Assembly: GCF_006345805.1 (NCBI RefSeq)
Contig: NC_042999.1
Span: forward strand, 57,722,001 to 57,786,000
DNA length: 64,000 bases
Source: Octopus sinensis
Taxonomy: Eukaryota
Direction: 5' to 3'
Part shown: one piece after another, positions 12,690-26,900 of the stretch
Layout of the letters: every line of letters starts with the position of its first letter
Numbering within the stretch: the stretch's first letter is position 1
The notes under the pieces: generated by a model
What the model saw: only the letters and a program-made list of their open reading frames with translations
What the model was told of the DNA's origin: nothing
Databases searched by the model: none
Translations under genes and position numbers: made by a program

Positions 12690-13080
12690 CATCTACCATC
12701 ATGCAACATCTTTTATCAAACTACACAAAGGCTTCAAATAAGGGTATAAAACAGGATGATTCTATTCTCCCAAGCTATTCATAACCTTCTTTGAAGAAAT
12801 GTTTCAAAAACTGCACTGAAAGAAAGATGAAATGGTTATTAAAATCAATGGGAAGTTTCTCGCATACACTTGATCATGCCAGGTGTTCCATGTGAACTTG
12901 AAACTACGTTAAAACAACTGAATATAGAATGCAAAGCAGAAAGACTATGACTGAACGCAGAAAAATATATAATGTTCAACTAACTGATAGCTAAAGTTTC
13001 TGATATTAAGGATGAAGAAACAACCTTCAAATAGTAAAATGTTGCATCTACATTGGCCAACTTCTAAAACAAAAGCTATG
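12690..13080 (+). mobile_element. Highly decayed non-LTR RT remnant
   Basis: Frameshifted GIKQDDSISPKLF...IKINGKFL resembles the RT KGVRQGD-SP-LF region. Confidence 0.5.
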
Positions 13081-16000
13081 GGAAAAATGCAAGTGACCTT
13101 GACTTAAACTTCCTAACTTCCAGGGAGGGGCAAGGTTTAATTTTAAAACCAAATTACCCAAAAGATGAGCTTACAACCAATGCATCATCCACAAAAATTT
13201 TTTTATAGTGCAGAAACTTAGAACATTACCTAACTTAACAAGCAAGCAACATTCTCACAAACAAATTATGCAAGGAATTACAGGAGGGAAAATCATAAAG
13301 CAATGAAATGACATGGAAACAGAAAGAAAAAATAACTAAGAGACGTTGAAAAATTCACAAAATGGTACTGAACTGGACACATCCAGAGAATAAGTGACAA
13401 CAGGTTTTTGAAAAAGTAAACAGACTGGTCTCTGAGTGAGCATAAAAGAAATAGAGGATAACAATGAACAAGATGGAGGGTGGAGGCATATAAATTCAAA
13501 AAACCCAAATTTAAAGAGCAATCTTTGTCTGACTGTGGGAGAGTAATGGCTGATATCATAGACTGATAACGCTTAAATAAATGTTTTACCTCCTTCTGAC
13601 TAGTATCAATATGAAACAAGGCTTTTTTTGTGAGTTTACAAATTTATATCTAAATAATTTTGTCTAAAATATATCTGTCATATATATATGACAAATATAT
13701 TTTAGACAAAATTATTTACAGCTTCCAAAAGTACAACAGTATTCGTCTTTGCTTAGATAAAATAACTAAATCGTGGGTGTTAAGTCCCCTCGAAAGGGTC
13801 TTTCTAACTTCTAAGAAGATGAAATTTTATAAATATTACTTCATTTGTGTCAAATATCTATGGTTAAAATTTCATCAACAGCAAAAATATATGAATTGTC
13901 ACAGGGGTTACGGCCCTTATGCATAGAATATAATTTCCAGATTTCATAAAAATCCATTCAGTACTTTTGACCTAGTTTTGGATCATAAAAGAAATGACTA
14001 AAATTTTGGAGTTAAGACCCCCATTAGGGTGTCTTAGAATCCTCATGAGAAGTGGAAACTTTGAGAATAGTTCTTGATGTGTGTCAATTACCCATGGTTG
14101 AAATTTCATAAACATCAAAAATTTATGAATTTTCATGTGGGTTCTGCCCTCTTTAAGCTATCTGAAATCTAAGTTCCAAATATCATAAGGATCCATTCAG
14201 TAATTTTGGTCCATGAAATTGTATGAAACATACAGCATTACCCTTCACCCTAGGCTTGGATTTTGTGTTCCAAATTTCATTAGGATTGGTGCAGCAGTTT
14301 TCGAATGTATAAGTAACACACAAACACACATAAAGACATTGACTTTTATATAATAGATATGAATATGCACATATACATACACGTATATGTCTGTGTGTGT
14401 GTATTAAACAATAGTATTCATCATGTCTTTATATTTTATTGCTAACTTTTAGGCTTTTATTTTAGTGAATGCATTTATAACAAAATAACATTGACTGAAA
14501 TAACCAAAGTACACCAATTTCCAGAAAGATCTTACAAAACACAGGGAATCAATAACAACAATCAGATCAAATTTATTTCATTATTATTAAGCAATCTGCA
14601 CTTATTCTTCATGACAGCTAAATTTGAGAAAATAGAATTAGTAAAATAATGAACTAGATATGTATATATGAAAAAGAATTCAATATTTCCATTTGGACCA
14701 AATAAAAGAATTTGCCAGGTTAAAAATAGAACCACGTAAAAATAGCTTACAAAAATAATTCAAGTTATAAATCTATTATTGTCTAGGCTTTAAGGTAAGG
14801 CTATTTGTTAAACAACTTATTTAGAAGATATTTTGCTTTGTATTAACAAAGACACAGATAACAACTCGCAATTATCCTCAGTTGTGCAAAGTAGTTCATA
14901 CATGTAATCCCTCTTTTCTTTATGAAGTAAATTGAATTCCTTGAAGGAACACAACATTTCCTTATATTGAATGCTTTTAAGATAGTACTATTAACCTTTG
15001 TACAGAACCTCTTGAACAATATGTTACTAAGGATTTGGATCAGAGAGAGGGAGTAACCTGGGAAACAGAAATAACTCAGGCTCTCAAACTCAAGATGTAT
15101 CATCTAACTCTTCTAGCTACTCAAGGTATATAGAAAAAAGCAAGAGATTAACAACTGTTTTATTGTGGCAAAAGCAATAAACTATCAAACATATTTCAAG
15201 CACTGCATTGTATTTTAAATACTCCACTTAGCAACAATACAAATGATTGGGTGATAATGTAGTTTTGCTTCCTATTAAGTAAAAGAAATACATTCAGATA
15301 TACAAAATGTCATAAGACCAGCATGAGAAAAGGAAAGACAAAATATGTCTCAAAATAGCATTGCAATGTCAGAATGGTGCCATATAATAACCAAGTCGAT
15401 TGAATTTAAGCCATATTATCCTAGCTTATAAGGATAATTATTATAAAGGAATTATTGTATTTACTCATGCATAATGCAAGAAATTTACAAAACACCATGG
15501 CCAAAATTGGTGGAAAGCATTATATTCACAGATAAAATATATTACTGACTTTTAGGTACAAAATGCAGGCAGTCCTATTATATATGAGATCACATTGTGT
15601 TCAAGTAAATATGGTAGGCTCAAAATAAAATTATGAAAATGCACTGAAATCTCATTGCTATATGGAATCACTCAATCGCTATTGATATTTCATGATTTTC
15701 ATGATAATAAATGTGAACTGAACAGAAGACAAAAATAATCCAAGCACAAACTGATCACTATTATATACCGAATGAATCTATATAAGATGATTAGAGCTTT
15801 TTACTAAATGGATCCATATATTGGCTAAAATATAAAAATTAGTATAAATGATTAAAACTTCATTGTGAATATAGCACTAGTCCATATAGTATGAAAGGAA
15901 CTACTAAAGCTAGTATATTTTACAGGTTATAGTATTACAAATATAGCCAGATTTGTTTTAAAATGTAGTCCTTTGCTGTTTTCAGTTAGCAGTTGTTAAC

Positions 16001-16400
16001 CATATTAATAATATAAAAGGTATATCTAATGTAATCATGAAATAAGTTACACTCGGATGGGTGCAGTAAGTTTGGTGTGCAAGTTTATGTAACTGGAGCA
16101 CAAGGTTTACAGATATTATAACAACTTAATACAGAAGGAATGCAAAGAGTTATCAAATTAGATGTTAATTATATTCATCTATAAAGAATGCCTGATTCCA
16201 AAAAGTTTATTACGATTATTATGAGCACTATCATGTACTCATACCAGAAACTGTCTTTACATTTTATTACTTTTATCTTTTACTCATTTCTGTCATTGGA
16301 TTGTTGCCATGCCAAGGCATGGGGTTTTGTCAAACAATTCAACCCCTGCAGTTCTATATTTAAGAGATGAGGAATTATTTGTCCTCATCTTATTTGTTGT

Positions 16401-16445
16401 TAAAACATTTCGGCTGATATACCCTCCAGCCTTCATCGGGTTTAT
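16401..16445 (-). ncRNA. Degenerate hammerhead motif (inverted Penelope copy)
   Basis: Reverse complement reads CCGATGA-A-GGCTG GAGGGTATAT CAGCC-GAAA-TGTT; U4>C and stem I eroded. The consensus with the 17063 copy restores CTGATGA. Confidence 0.45.
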
Positions 16446-17062
16446 TGGGAAAATTTTGAACCTGGGTTCTCATTCCTAAGGTGTTTTTCGATATTATTAT
16501 TATTCAGGTCACTGCCTGGAATCGAACTCAGAATGTTGGGGTTAGTAGCCCACGCTCTTAACCACTACGTCATATGCCCATGGGCAATTATAGAGTGAAT
16601 TTTAGGGCTTATAAATCTAATATTTTCCTATCCTTCTTTAATACCGGTTTCCATATGCTATTCATATCTGCACTCAGTCTGCTTAGGAGGTTGTTGTGAC
16701 CTAGCTTCTTTTAGTTTTCATATTAAATAATAGACAGAACACCACTGGAAAATATGAAAACTAAAAGAAGCAGCACATATGCTAGGATACAACAACCTCC
16801 TAAGCAGACTGAGTACAGATATGAAGAGTGTATGGGAACTGGTATTAAGAAAGAATTTGAAAATATGAGATTTATAAGCCCTAAAATTCACTCTATAATT
16901 GACCGTGGGCAATTATATTCACTCTATAATTGACCGTAGAGTTTAAGAGCATGGGCTACTAAGCCCAAGATTCCGAGTTCGATTCCAGGCAGTAACCTGA
17001 ATAATAATAACAACATTAAAAAATACCTTTGGAATGAGAACCTAGGTTCGAAATTTACCCAA

Positions 17063-17108
17063 GACACTTGATGAAGGCTGGAGAGTATATCAGCCGAAAA
17101 GTTGTGTT
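17063..17108 (+). ncRNA. Degenerate hammerhead motif in Penelope 3' region
   Basis: GACAC-TTGATGA-A-GGCTG GAGAGTATAT CAGCC-GAAA-AG-T-T-GTGTT; stems I and II intact, C3>U and C15.2>A. Confidence 0.5.
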
Positions 17109-18434
17109 AACAACAAGTAAGATGAGGACGACTATCTGTCAAATGTAAATAAAATTCAACCCCTTATTTTAACGTCTGGTACTTATTCTGTTGGTCTGTT
17201 TGTTGAACTACTGAGGTACAGGGACATAAGCAAACCAACGCCAGCTGTTAAGTGATAGTGAGTTGAAAAACGCAATGCAAACATACACACACATATATAT
17301 ATATGTATATATATATTTCTTATTTTTTTCTCTTCTTGCTTCCCTTTTGTTGTCTTGCTGTTCTTTTCTTGCTTTGCAAGGTACTTGGTAACCTCACTGT
17401 GCCATAGCTGATGTTGGAGCTTGTCATGGCCTTACAGTTTGCTGAATCCTATCAAACTGTCCAACTCATGCCAGCATAGAAAATGGATGTTCAATGATGA
17501 TGATGATACACACACGTCTCATCAGTGGATCATATATCCGAAAAAGAAGCACACTCTAAAAGTTAGAAAAGTAATGTATTTAGAGGAAGTTAATTATATG
17601 GCCGTGACCAATGGTTTCACATCCATAAAGCCTTATAGATGATTCATCAGACTCCAATGACCATGGGCTTTGGAGTTATATGTCAGCAGCCATTGGAGTC
17701 TAACAAGTCATCTATAAGGTTAAGCACTTTATGGATGCGAAACCATTGGTTACTTTATGACTGGCTATATAATTAACTTCCTGTAAATATACATACACAC
17801 ACAATGGGCTTCTTTCAGTTTCCATCTATCAAATCCACTCAGAAGGCTTTGATTGACTTGGGACTACAGTAGAAGATATTTGCCCAAGGTGCCACATGGT
17901 GGGACTGAACCTAAGATCACATGGTTGGGAAGCAACCTACTTAATATACAACCATGCCTGCACCTGTCACACCTTTTACAATAATGTTCCTTAATTTCTC
18001 TCCAGACCTTCCTTTAATAGAAATTAGGTATGAGGAAGATATGAAGAACAATGCAATGAGAAGTATCAACCATCTCAGCCAATCATGAACCACCAAAACA
18101 ATATTTAGAATAGATAATTATATTTATAATTATATCTACATTTTTTTCTATAAATATGATGGCTTTTTCTTGCAACAATTATTTTTGTTTATATAGCTGG
18201 GTAATGCTCCTCTTATTGCTAATCACTTAGTTGTGAAGTGGAAAATGGAACCTGTTTATGTTCAACCAGATAAATCTGGAGTAATTAATAAAATCTGTAA
18301 AATAAGCTTGTGTGCTATGAGGGCAGGCTCTTACAAATGTCAGAACTCATCTCTCTTTTTGGCATATAACATTTTCAAATCATCCTTACTCCACTTGTAT
18401 TTTTTTGCTGATGCATTTATTTATTTATTTAGTT

Positions 18435-18830
18435 GCTCTTTCACTTGTTTCAGTCATTTGACTGTGGCCATGCTGGAGTACCGTCTTTAGTTAAGCAAGT
18501 CGACCCCAGGACTTATTCTTTGTTAGCCTAGTACTTATTCTATCGGCCTCTTTTGCTGAGTCACTAAGTTACGGGGATGTAAACACACCACCATCGGTTG
18601 TCAAGTGATGTTGGGAGGACAAACACAAACACATAAATACACACACACATACATACATACATACATATATATATATACGACGGGCTTCTTTCAGTCTCCA
18701 TCTACCAAATCCACTCACAAGGCTTTGTTCGGCTCGAGGCTATAGTAGAAGACACTTGCCCAAAGTGCCATGCAGTGGGAATGAACCCAGAACCATGTGG
18801 TTGGTAAGTAAGCTACTTACTACACAGGCA
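18435..18830 (-). mobile_element. Family A SINE
   Basis: Reverse complement colinear with 49353-49730. Confidence 0.85.
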
Positions 18831-19014
18831 CTTTATTTACTTATTTATTTATTTATTTTACTTTGATGCCAACAGAGCTAGGTACTTTGCTCAGAAGTAC
18901 ACCACAATGGCTGCCATAAGGGTTGAACTGAAAACCATGTGACCAGCTAGTTGTCCTGCTCAGTAAATCATGGTATCTTGACAAGAACAGCCACATAAAA
19001 GCCTTAATTACACA

Positions 19015-19243
19015 TAAAAGCCTTTCATTACTGTATTTATTTTGAGGTGTTCTGTATTTCTTTCAATTACTTTAAATATAACTAAGAATTTAGTAAAATA
19101 ACTTAGTTATCATTCAGCTAGTATTAAGAACATAAATTGTGACTAAGGTTTGGTGGAAGATTTTAATTCAAAATTTATGAAAACAAGACATTTGTACTCA
19201 GAGCCAGAGCCGGTTTCAGCCGGGTTGGTAACGAAAGAGTTAA
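19015..19243. mobile_element. Decayed piggyBac-like MITE
   Basis: Ends ...GGTAACGAAAGAGTTAA with partial complement CCTTTCATTAC at the left; TTAA terminus. Confidence 0.4.
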
Positions 19244-20032
19244 AACATCTGCAAGGTTATACTGACATTGATAGTGGGAACTGACTTTTTTGAAGATATT
19301 TAAAAAATCATTTTATTCACTGAAAATGTGTAGTATGGAAGTAAAATTTAAGAGATAAAAATACATCATAAATGTTATTTAATTAACTTGTTCATTATCA
19401 GCTAATCAATATCAAATAGATATTAAACAATATAATTATCTCAGATGAGAATTAAAACTTTTTATTTTATTTCTATTTTCAAATTAATGATGCATACTAA
19501 CATGGGCTTTTAAACAATTTGTAAGAGATGAGATAGAGCTATCTGAATGAATAGCAAAGTGCTGATGATACTTGGCAGATTTGTTACTAAGGTCCAGTGT
19601 ATATCCAATGACAGATGTATGTGTGTAAAGAGTTTAAAATAGGATAACTATCACACACCAGCTATTGTATGTAGTTTATGACCAGGTTCACTTTCAATAG
19701 CAAACTTTAAAATTATTGTGGAAGGAGACTTCAATGTGAATACTGGAGCAGTTTCCAGTTAACTTCTCCAGAGCCATGCACACATTTGAATCAGAACTAC
19801 AAGCTAACAAAATTGTGTATTTATACCAAGCCTCCATTTATTACTATTATGTTTATTCATATTACAAATTTCCAGCTAAATACATCTCTCTACTTCATAA
19901 CTTATTTCAATAATCTCAGATGGATTAAATGCAAACAAGTCTCCAGTGGGAATTGAACTAAAAACAAGAGGTAGTGAACTAGATATAATAAAACATTTCC
20001 AGTTTGGTACATACTGCTGCTGCTGCTTGTTT

Positions 20033-20404
20033 GTTTGTTTGTTGAGTGAAGCGGTCTTCGTTCTGTAGTGGGAAAAGTCCGAAACGTGGTCCTTTGCTAT
20101 TCGTAAGACCCACAGAAGAGAAAGCAGGTCAACCCCCGACACTGAGAGAATTGACGGATGGATGAATACGCATCCAGGCTCAGCGGTTGCATAGGAAGTC
20201 AGGGACAAGAAACAGGAAGAAAGAGTGAGAGAAAGTTTGAGTGAAAGAGTACAACAGGGGTCGCCACCACCCCCTACCGGAGCCTCGTGGAGCTTTAGGT
20301 TTTTTTCGCTCAATAAACACACACAACGCCCGGTCTGGGAATCGAAACCACGATCCTCCGACCGCGAGTCCACTGCCCTAACCATTGGGCCATAGTGCCT
20401 CCAC
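20033..20404 (-). mobile_element. Family C SINE with a different 3' tail
   Basis: Same head and body as 48237-48420, B box GTTCGATTCC, unrelated 3' part ending in (CAAA)n. Confidence 0.8.
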
Positions 20405-21501
20405 TTATTGCTGCTGCTGTTCTATCACCAGCATCACCACAATCACTTCATCATTGAAGCTGGGATACAATACTAAGGTGCTTAACAGTATTCTTTTAGA
20501 AAATCTGATTTCAAAATAAAATTCTGTTTGAATTAACAGATGAACATAGTATGTAAGTAAGTGAAGGCAATAACATTATGGAAGAAATATAGGGGACATT
20601 TATTGTAGGTTCTGAAGCAATAATGTTCAGTGTTTGTGTGAAAAGCTGAAATGAGTAGGTAGTGATTGTGATGATGATGGTTGTATTGTTTAACTCCAAG
20701 TCAGTCCTGACTAAGCAGGCTTATGATAAAAGATATTCTATCCTATCTTTTATTACCCAATGTGTCTTTCTTGTTTAAGATAGTATGGTGTGGTCTGAGG
20801 AAGATTTAGCTATTATTCAAGCAACTTAAACAACAAGACACTCCTTCTTTGGCTCTCAGTAGTGTAAGTATGGATGAACATTAGGATATGGCTTGCTGAA
20901 TGAACAGCTTGACTGATTCTGCTGTTAGTCACTCCCCTAACATTTCTCACTATTTTGGTAAAGGCGTGGATGCCATACAATTAAATTTCCTCCCTCTATA
21001 AAACTAGGATGTTGTGTAAACATATAAATATCAATATTTTCCTTGGATTTCACTCCCTCCATTGAAATTATGGTATAAAGCTCTCTAATTTGCAACAAAA
21101 TACAAGTTTATTTTGTAAGGAAATGTAAAACAAGACATGAATTATTGAATTATTCATTAGGTCTTTTTAATTTTTGATTTTTTTAAAAATGTATTTCTAT
21201 TTTTTAATGATTTATTTTAATTTTTATTTAATTTTTTTTTAAATTTAACTTATTTTTAAATTCTATTTTACTCTAGAATTTGTGCTATTTTAAGTTACAG
21301 CACTTGTTTCAAAAAAAAAAAAAAATGTTCTGGAATGTTAGCTTATGCTAAGAGCACAGTACTTTTGAATGTATAATTTTCTATTAATTCATATACTTGC
21401 TTTTGTATCAAACAATTAAACAGGAAGAGACAGGGCTCTGAGTAATCATTTATCCTACAAGAAATATCAGCCAAATATCCTTCAAACCATACAATACTAT
21501 C

Positions 21502-21725
21502 TTAACCCGGTTGCATTCAGATTACTCAGTGAAATATAATGCTAATTTATTCACATTGATATAAATTGGTCATGCATTATCTTGTAGCTTTGAAATTCCA
21601 GTGACATGATTATTTATTTTTAGAATGATATTGTACAGTATATGGGAGAGACTGGATCTGGCCGGTTTGAACATAAAATAGAATATTTTAGCTGGATATG
21701 ACCGATTTAAATGCTAATGTTTTAA
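21502..21725. mobile_element. Decayed piggyBac-like MITE
   Basis: TTAACCCGGTTGCATT...AATGCTAATGTTTTA imperfect termini. Confidence 0.35.
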
Positions 21726-22079
21726 ATAAGGCAGGACATTATATAGCATGGTCCTAGAAATACTGTCTAAAAATAAGACTGATTGCTCACAACTAGAGTA
21801 CCTTTGGTCATTACCCAATCAGAACAGATCAGGGGTTCAACAACTATTGAAAGTACACAAAAAAAGCATGTTTAGTTATAAGTTCAACTGAGGACATAAT
21901 ATTTTTAAGAGATGTCCTTGGGCAAGACACACCAATCATATTGCAATACTCTAATGGATATGGAAATGAGTACTATTTCCTATTTGAAGTTCATTTAAAC
22001 ATAAAATAACTGCTCCAAAAATATTGTAATCTAGGTTCTTTAGTTATCATGGCCAAGGCTATGTTTAAGCATTGTTTTG

Positions 22080-22505
22080 TTTCAATTACTCTATTACCTG
22101 TTTCAGTCATTTGACTGTGGCCATGCTGGAGCACTGCCTTTAGTCGAGGAAATTGACCCCAGGACTTACACTTTGTAAGCCTAGTACTTATTCTATCGGT
22201 CTCTTTTGCCGAACCACCAAGTTATAGGGACGTAAACACACCAGCATCGGTTGTCAAGCGATGTTGGGGAACGAACATAGACACACAAACACATACACAC
22301 ACACATACATATACATATATATATATATACACACATATATACGATGGGCTTCTTTCAGTCTCCATCTACCAAATCCACTCACAAGGCTTTGTTCAGCCCA
22401 AAGCTATAGTAGAAAACACTTGCCCAAGGTGCCATGCAGTGGGACTGAACCCAGAACCATGTGGTTCGTAAGCAAGCTACTTACCACACACCCACTCCTA
22501 CGCCT
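22080..22505 (-). mobile_element. Family A SINE
   Basis: Reverse complement colinear with 49353-49730. Confidence 0.85.
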
Positions 22506-24696
22506 ATAACAAAACAAATTGATCATGGCAAAATACATTTTCAATTAGTGCAATAAGTACATACATTTGATTTTATACCTCCCTTAAAGAATGCGATTAA
22601 AATATTATATGAAATGAAGAAAAAAAAAATTAGGTGATGACATTATTCTTAGATGGCTGACACATCTCACTTGCAATATTTTTTAGATAACTGGTATTAA
22701 TAAAAAAATAAGTTTTACTTTATATTTTCTAATTGAAGTTAAGGGGCCAGTGACCAAATAAAAAAAAAATTATTGTCATGAATATGGTACAAGCAAATCT
22801 AAAGCTCTAGTCTCCAATGCTAATCACAAAAATAATTGCAGAGGCCTTATTTTGAAAATAACACAAATTTTGCATTATTTATTTATTTGGCATTACTAAT
22901 GCTAGTACATACTCAATTATAATCTAATTTATTCTCCTGAAAGGAAACTATAACAAGTGGGGTGGCCAATCACCTATTTAAAAGTAACCTACAGACCTTA
23001 TACCCAGAATAAATTGTCTGGTGAGTTGTTTAGAGTCCAGTACCCTTATTTGACCAATATTCTAGGTATAGCTATCCAACTTTTCATTAAGACTTTGCTG
23101 TCCTGAAACATATACCTTATAAAATACTTAGTTATTTTAAGAATATGTAACTATTATATTAGTACAAAATCTCTCACTAGTAAGGGAATCTCCCAATTCT
23201 ATGCTTTGACTAGAACCTTCCAAGATGAGTGTGGTAAATTCTGTATTTATTTAACATGAGGAGTGCTTAAGTGACTAATGGTATGTGACTTATGAATAGG
23301 ATTAAGTTCACTTCATATTACTAATGCTCCTGGTGGAAGATATAAATATTTTATTTCTATTTGAACTAATTTTATCAATAATTATTTCCTTAAATTAAAA
23401 GATCTGAAATTTAAAATGTCTCTGTTTCAGCCAAAGACTGGTTCAGTAGACTAAACAACGGAAGTGGCTTTAAACTAAGCAAAATTGCATGCCATGCCAA
23501 TTATAATGCTACAGACAGTACAAATGAGGAAAAAGAATGTGTCAAATTCACAATTGCAACAATTATGCAGATTTTTACAGTCAATGTTTCCATGACAACA
23601 ATTTGCTATAATACTAAAGTCACAACAATATGTCATTTGAAACTTATGACATAAGAAAATGAAAAATTCAAAGAATTTCAATAACTAAAAAAAGCAACAA
23701 AAATTAACCAACTCTAAATTTTTAATTCATAGTTTGATAACTACCAGTTTTTAAGTAGAATATCCAAACAAAATGTATTTATATAGAATTAAATCATAGT
23801 AACTAGATGGTTAGCTCTCCTGTTTAAAATTAAATAATATGGTATATAATATTTGTAGCAGCTTCAATAAATAAATTTGTCTGGTTTAGATTCCTGATTT
23901 AGAAACTTTGTTTTGCAGTCATCAATCACCCAGCAGATCACAACACAAATTGCTAAATACAAAGTATTCATATCAAAAGGTTTGGCAGTTTTAATAAAAA
24001 AAAACTACTGAAACTATACACATTTTGAATTAACATTACTCAGTGTTAAACTATAAAGCCACTACTCTACACTTCATTGTATTTAAGCCTTGAATATAAC
24101 TCACATAGATGGCTGAGAAAAAAAAAGATATTCAAAGAGAAAATTTTTATTAGAGGAATATACCCATGATTATTTGCTCAAGTTTGAAAGGCCAACATGT
24201 AGTCGGCTAAGACATAATTATCTCACTCTAACTTAGAAATTTTAAAAATTAAAATGCTTCATTTACCAGTTATTGACAGCAGCACTATGTTTATGTTGAG
24301 AGAGACTAACCCGATAATTATTTATTGAATTGTACCAAATGGTCGGTGAATGATCTCCAGGCAATGAATTGTTGATGTAGATTTATTTAAAGTGAGATTA
24401 ATGTAATCTGGGGCAAAGTAATATCACAAAAGTAGGACAGATAAAATAATTTAAGCAATAAGATTGAAGCCAACAACCTATCAGTTCCTCAGTATAGGTG
24501 ATAAAGTTCTCAAAGTATTTTGTAAACTAGAAAGAAAAACTTTAAACAAGTAAAATGTGGAGTTCAGAAGTTTGCTTCTCAACCACATGGTCCCAAGTCT
24601 GGTCCCACCTTCAGCATGTATCTTCTAAGTGTAAGCCTCAGATTGACCAATACTTAGTGAATGGAATTTAGTTGACAGAAACTGCACAGATATCTG

Positions 24697-24927
24697 GCGA
24701 GCGAGCTGGCAGAAACATTAGCATGCCAAACGAAATGCTTTGCGGTATTTCGTCTGCCGTTACATTCTGAGTTCAAATTCCGCCGAGGTCGACTTTGCCT
24801 TTCATCCTTTTGGGGTCGGTAAATTAAGTACCAGTTATGCACTGGGGTCGATGTAATCGACTTAATCCATTTGTCAGTCCTTGTTTGTCCCCTCTGTGTG
24901 TAGCCCCTTGTGGGTAGTAAAGAAATA
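24697..24927 (+). mobile_element. tRNA-derived SINE (family B) with about 20-bp TSD
   Basis: GCGAGCTGGCAGAA (A box), GAGTTCAAATTCC (B box), tail GGGTAGTAAAGAAATA. TSD AGAAACTGCACAGATATCTG at 24677-24696 and 24928-24947. Confidence 0.9.
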
Positions 24928-26519
24928 AGAAACTGCACAGATATCTGTCATATGTATTTGTGTGTGTGCATATGAAAGAGTATCAAGTGGTATCCATTTA
25001 TTATGTCAAAGTTTGACTTGTACATTTGATAAAATAGAAATCAATAAAAGAAGCACCAAATGGAAATAAATGCTGGGATCCTTAAAAGTCAACTAAACCC
25101 CATGCAGATGGTGTTTCAGCATAGCTGTAATACAATTATTGAAACTAGTAAAAACAAAAAAAAAAGTATCTTACAACAAACTACACCGAGGAGAAACAGA
25201 TTTTGAAATATGTCTGTACATGGTGGGAGGATATTTTACGTGCACACTGGAACATTTTGTTTTAATAATGAATAATGAATATGAATTGTCTCTACTTTTT
25301 AAAAGAAAAAAAAATGAAAAACAAGAAAGAACTCCAGAATGTCACTATGCAATAGTAAAAGAGTGATACAAAGGGGAGAAAAAGCAGTGATGACATTGAC
25401 AATTTGGTTTTATCATCAGAAATTGTGCCAGGTTGAAAAAATAATACACAAACAACATGAAAGGCTGCCCAAGGAAAGCCATCAACTGACTTTTCTTTAT
25501 TTCAAGCACCTAGATAAAACCTCTGGTTAAGAAGCCCCTCCCCACAGGCCTAAGAATACTGTATTGAAAAGTACCTTCCTGTCTCAAACCTTGAAAAAAA
25601 AAAAGAAAAAAGATTATCCAAGACATGCACTGACTGTCCTCGTTTGTCTCTTGAAGTTGCAGAAATAAAGACAAGACAAAATATTTACAAAAGATTTCAC
25701 GAAGGAAAATGTATTGACTTCCAGAAAATAAAGTAGATTTGTAATACCTATAGTTCTGAAGATATGAAGGATATACTTATGAAAGAATGTATCTGTGACT
25801 GAGAACTTAATGTGAAGTGAATCTTTGTATAAAGGATGTATTTTATGTTGGAAATGAAAGACAGGGTATATATTTTTACAATAAAGTCTAAACTAGTTTT
25901 ATGAATGAATATTCTTAACACCACCAATTTTGAAGTATTTACTTTCATCATAAGTACCTCAGAATAGAAGTTGTTTTCTATAGCTGAAGTACTTTGTAGC
26001 TATTTTAATTAATAATACCTCACATCAGCAAGTCCTGTTTATTTTTCACCAGCAACTACATCCAGGAATTGTTTAGAACTAGATTGTAACAAATTCTGAA
26101 TGAACAAAACATAGTAAGCATCAGTAAGATTTATTATAAAACTACATTTTAAATGGTCATCCAACAACTATTTCATTTTAAGTACTTAATATACTTTAAG
26201 TAGATAACACTTATTAAACAATTAAAACTATGCATCTAAATAAGCTTAGTGAATGATAGAATAAGCTCTCACTCAACATCTCAAAATCTAAGTACATATC
26301 CACTCAATCATAATGATAATAATAATCCTTTCTATTATAGGCACAAGGTCTGGAATTTGTGGAGAGGGGGCTAGCCAATTATATTGACCCCAGTGCTCAA
26401 CCAGTATCTTATTAATCCTGAAAGGATGAAAGGCAAAGTCAGCCTCAGCAGAATTTGAATTCAAAACATAAAGCTAGGAGACATGTCACAAAGCATTTTG
26501 TCTGGCATGTTTACATTTT

Positions 26520-26900
26520 CTGTACTCAAATCTTACAAGCTACATTTTAACAGCAACAAAATAGAATATGTTGATTATTTTAAATTTCTAAGAAGCATTG
26601 TAGATAAAAATCAGAAATGGAAACTACATATTGATCTGACCTGCAGGCTTAGTGTTATTGTTATCTTATCTCAGATGAAAAATTATTTTCCTAGGCAAGT
26701 GTTACTAAACATATCTGATGCTTGTTAAGTTATCTAAATTATGATATTTTCTGTAAAATCACCATTCTAGTAAAGTGGAAAAGTCACAGAGCTCTGCAAC
26801 TATTTAAAATAAACAATAGATCTTTAGTCCTGCCATAGTATTCAAGTTTTGAAGTTTTAGATATGTATACACATGCACAAATTAAATTCTAAGATGATTT
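26520..26900 (+). mobile_element. CR1/L2-type RT C-terminal remnant
   Basis: KIEYVDYFKFLRSIVDKNQKWKLHIDL...LSQMKNYFPRQVLLNI (26483-26728 ORF). Confidence 0.6.

Larger units (their letters stand above)
16348..17152. mobile_element. Penelope-like retroelement 3' end inserted as an inverted (divergent) pair with TSD
   Basis: 16758-16868(+) reads KLKEAAHMLGYNNLLSRLSTDMKSVWELVLRKNLKI*, resembling the C-terminus of Penelope GIY-YIG endonucleases. 16348-16724 is a diverged reverse-complement copy. Direct repeat AATTCAACCCCT at 16336-16347 and 17153-17164; flanks are the two halves of a SINE tail. Confidence 0.7.

Noticed and set aside
13090-14360. Helitron/Helentron-like element
   Set aside because: The 3' end (...TTTTATATAATAGAT) and GACCTTGAC motifs are suggestive, but the boundaries and hairpin could not be established.
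16507-16578. Functional tRNA gene
   Set aside because: A and B boxes are present but the acceptor and T stems do not pair properly, and it is embedded in a repeat; the same applies to all SINE heads.
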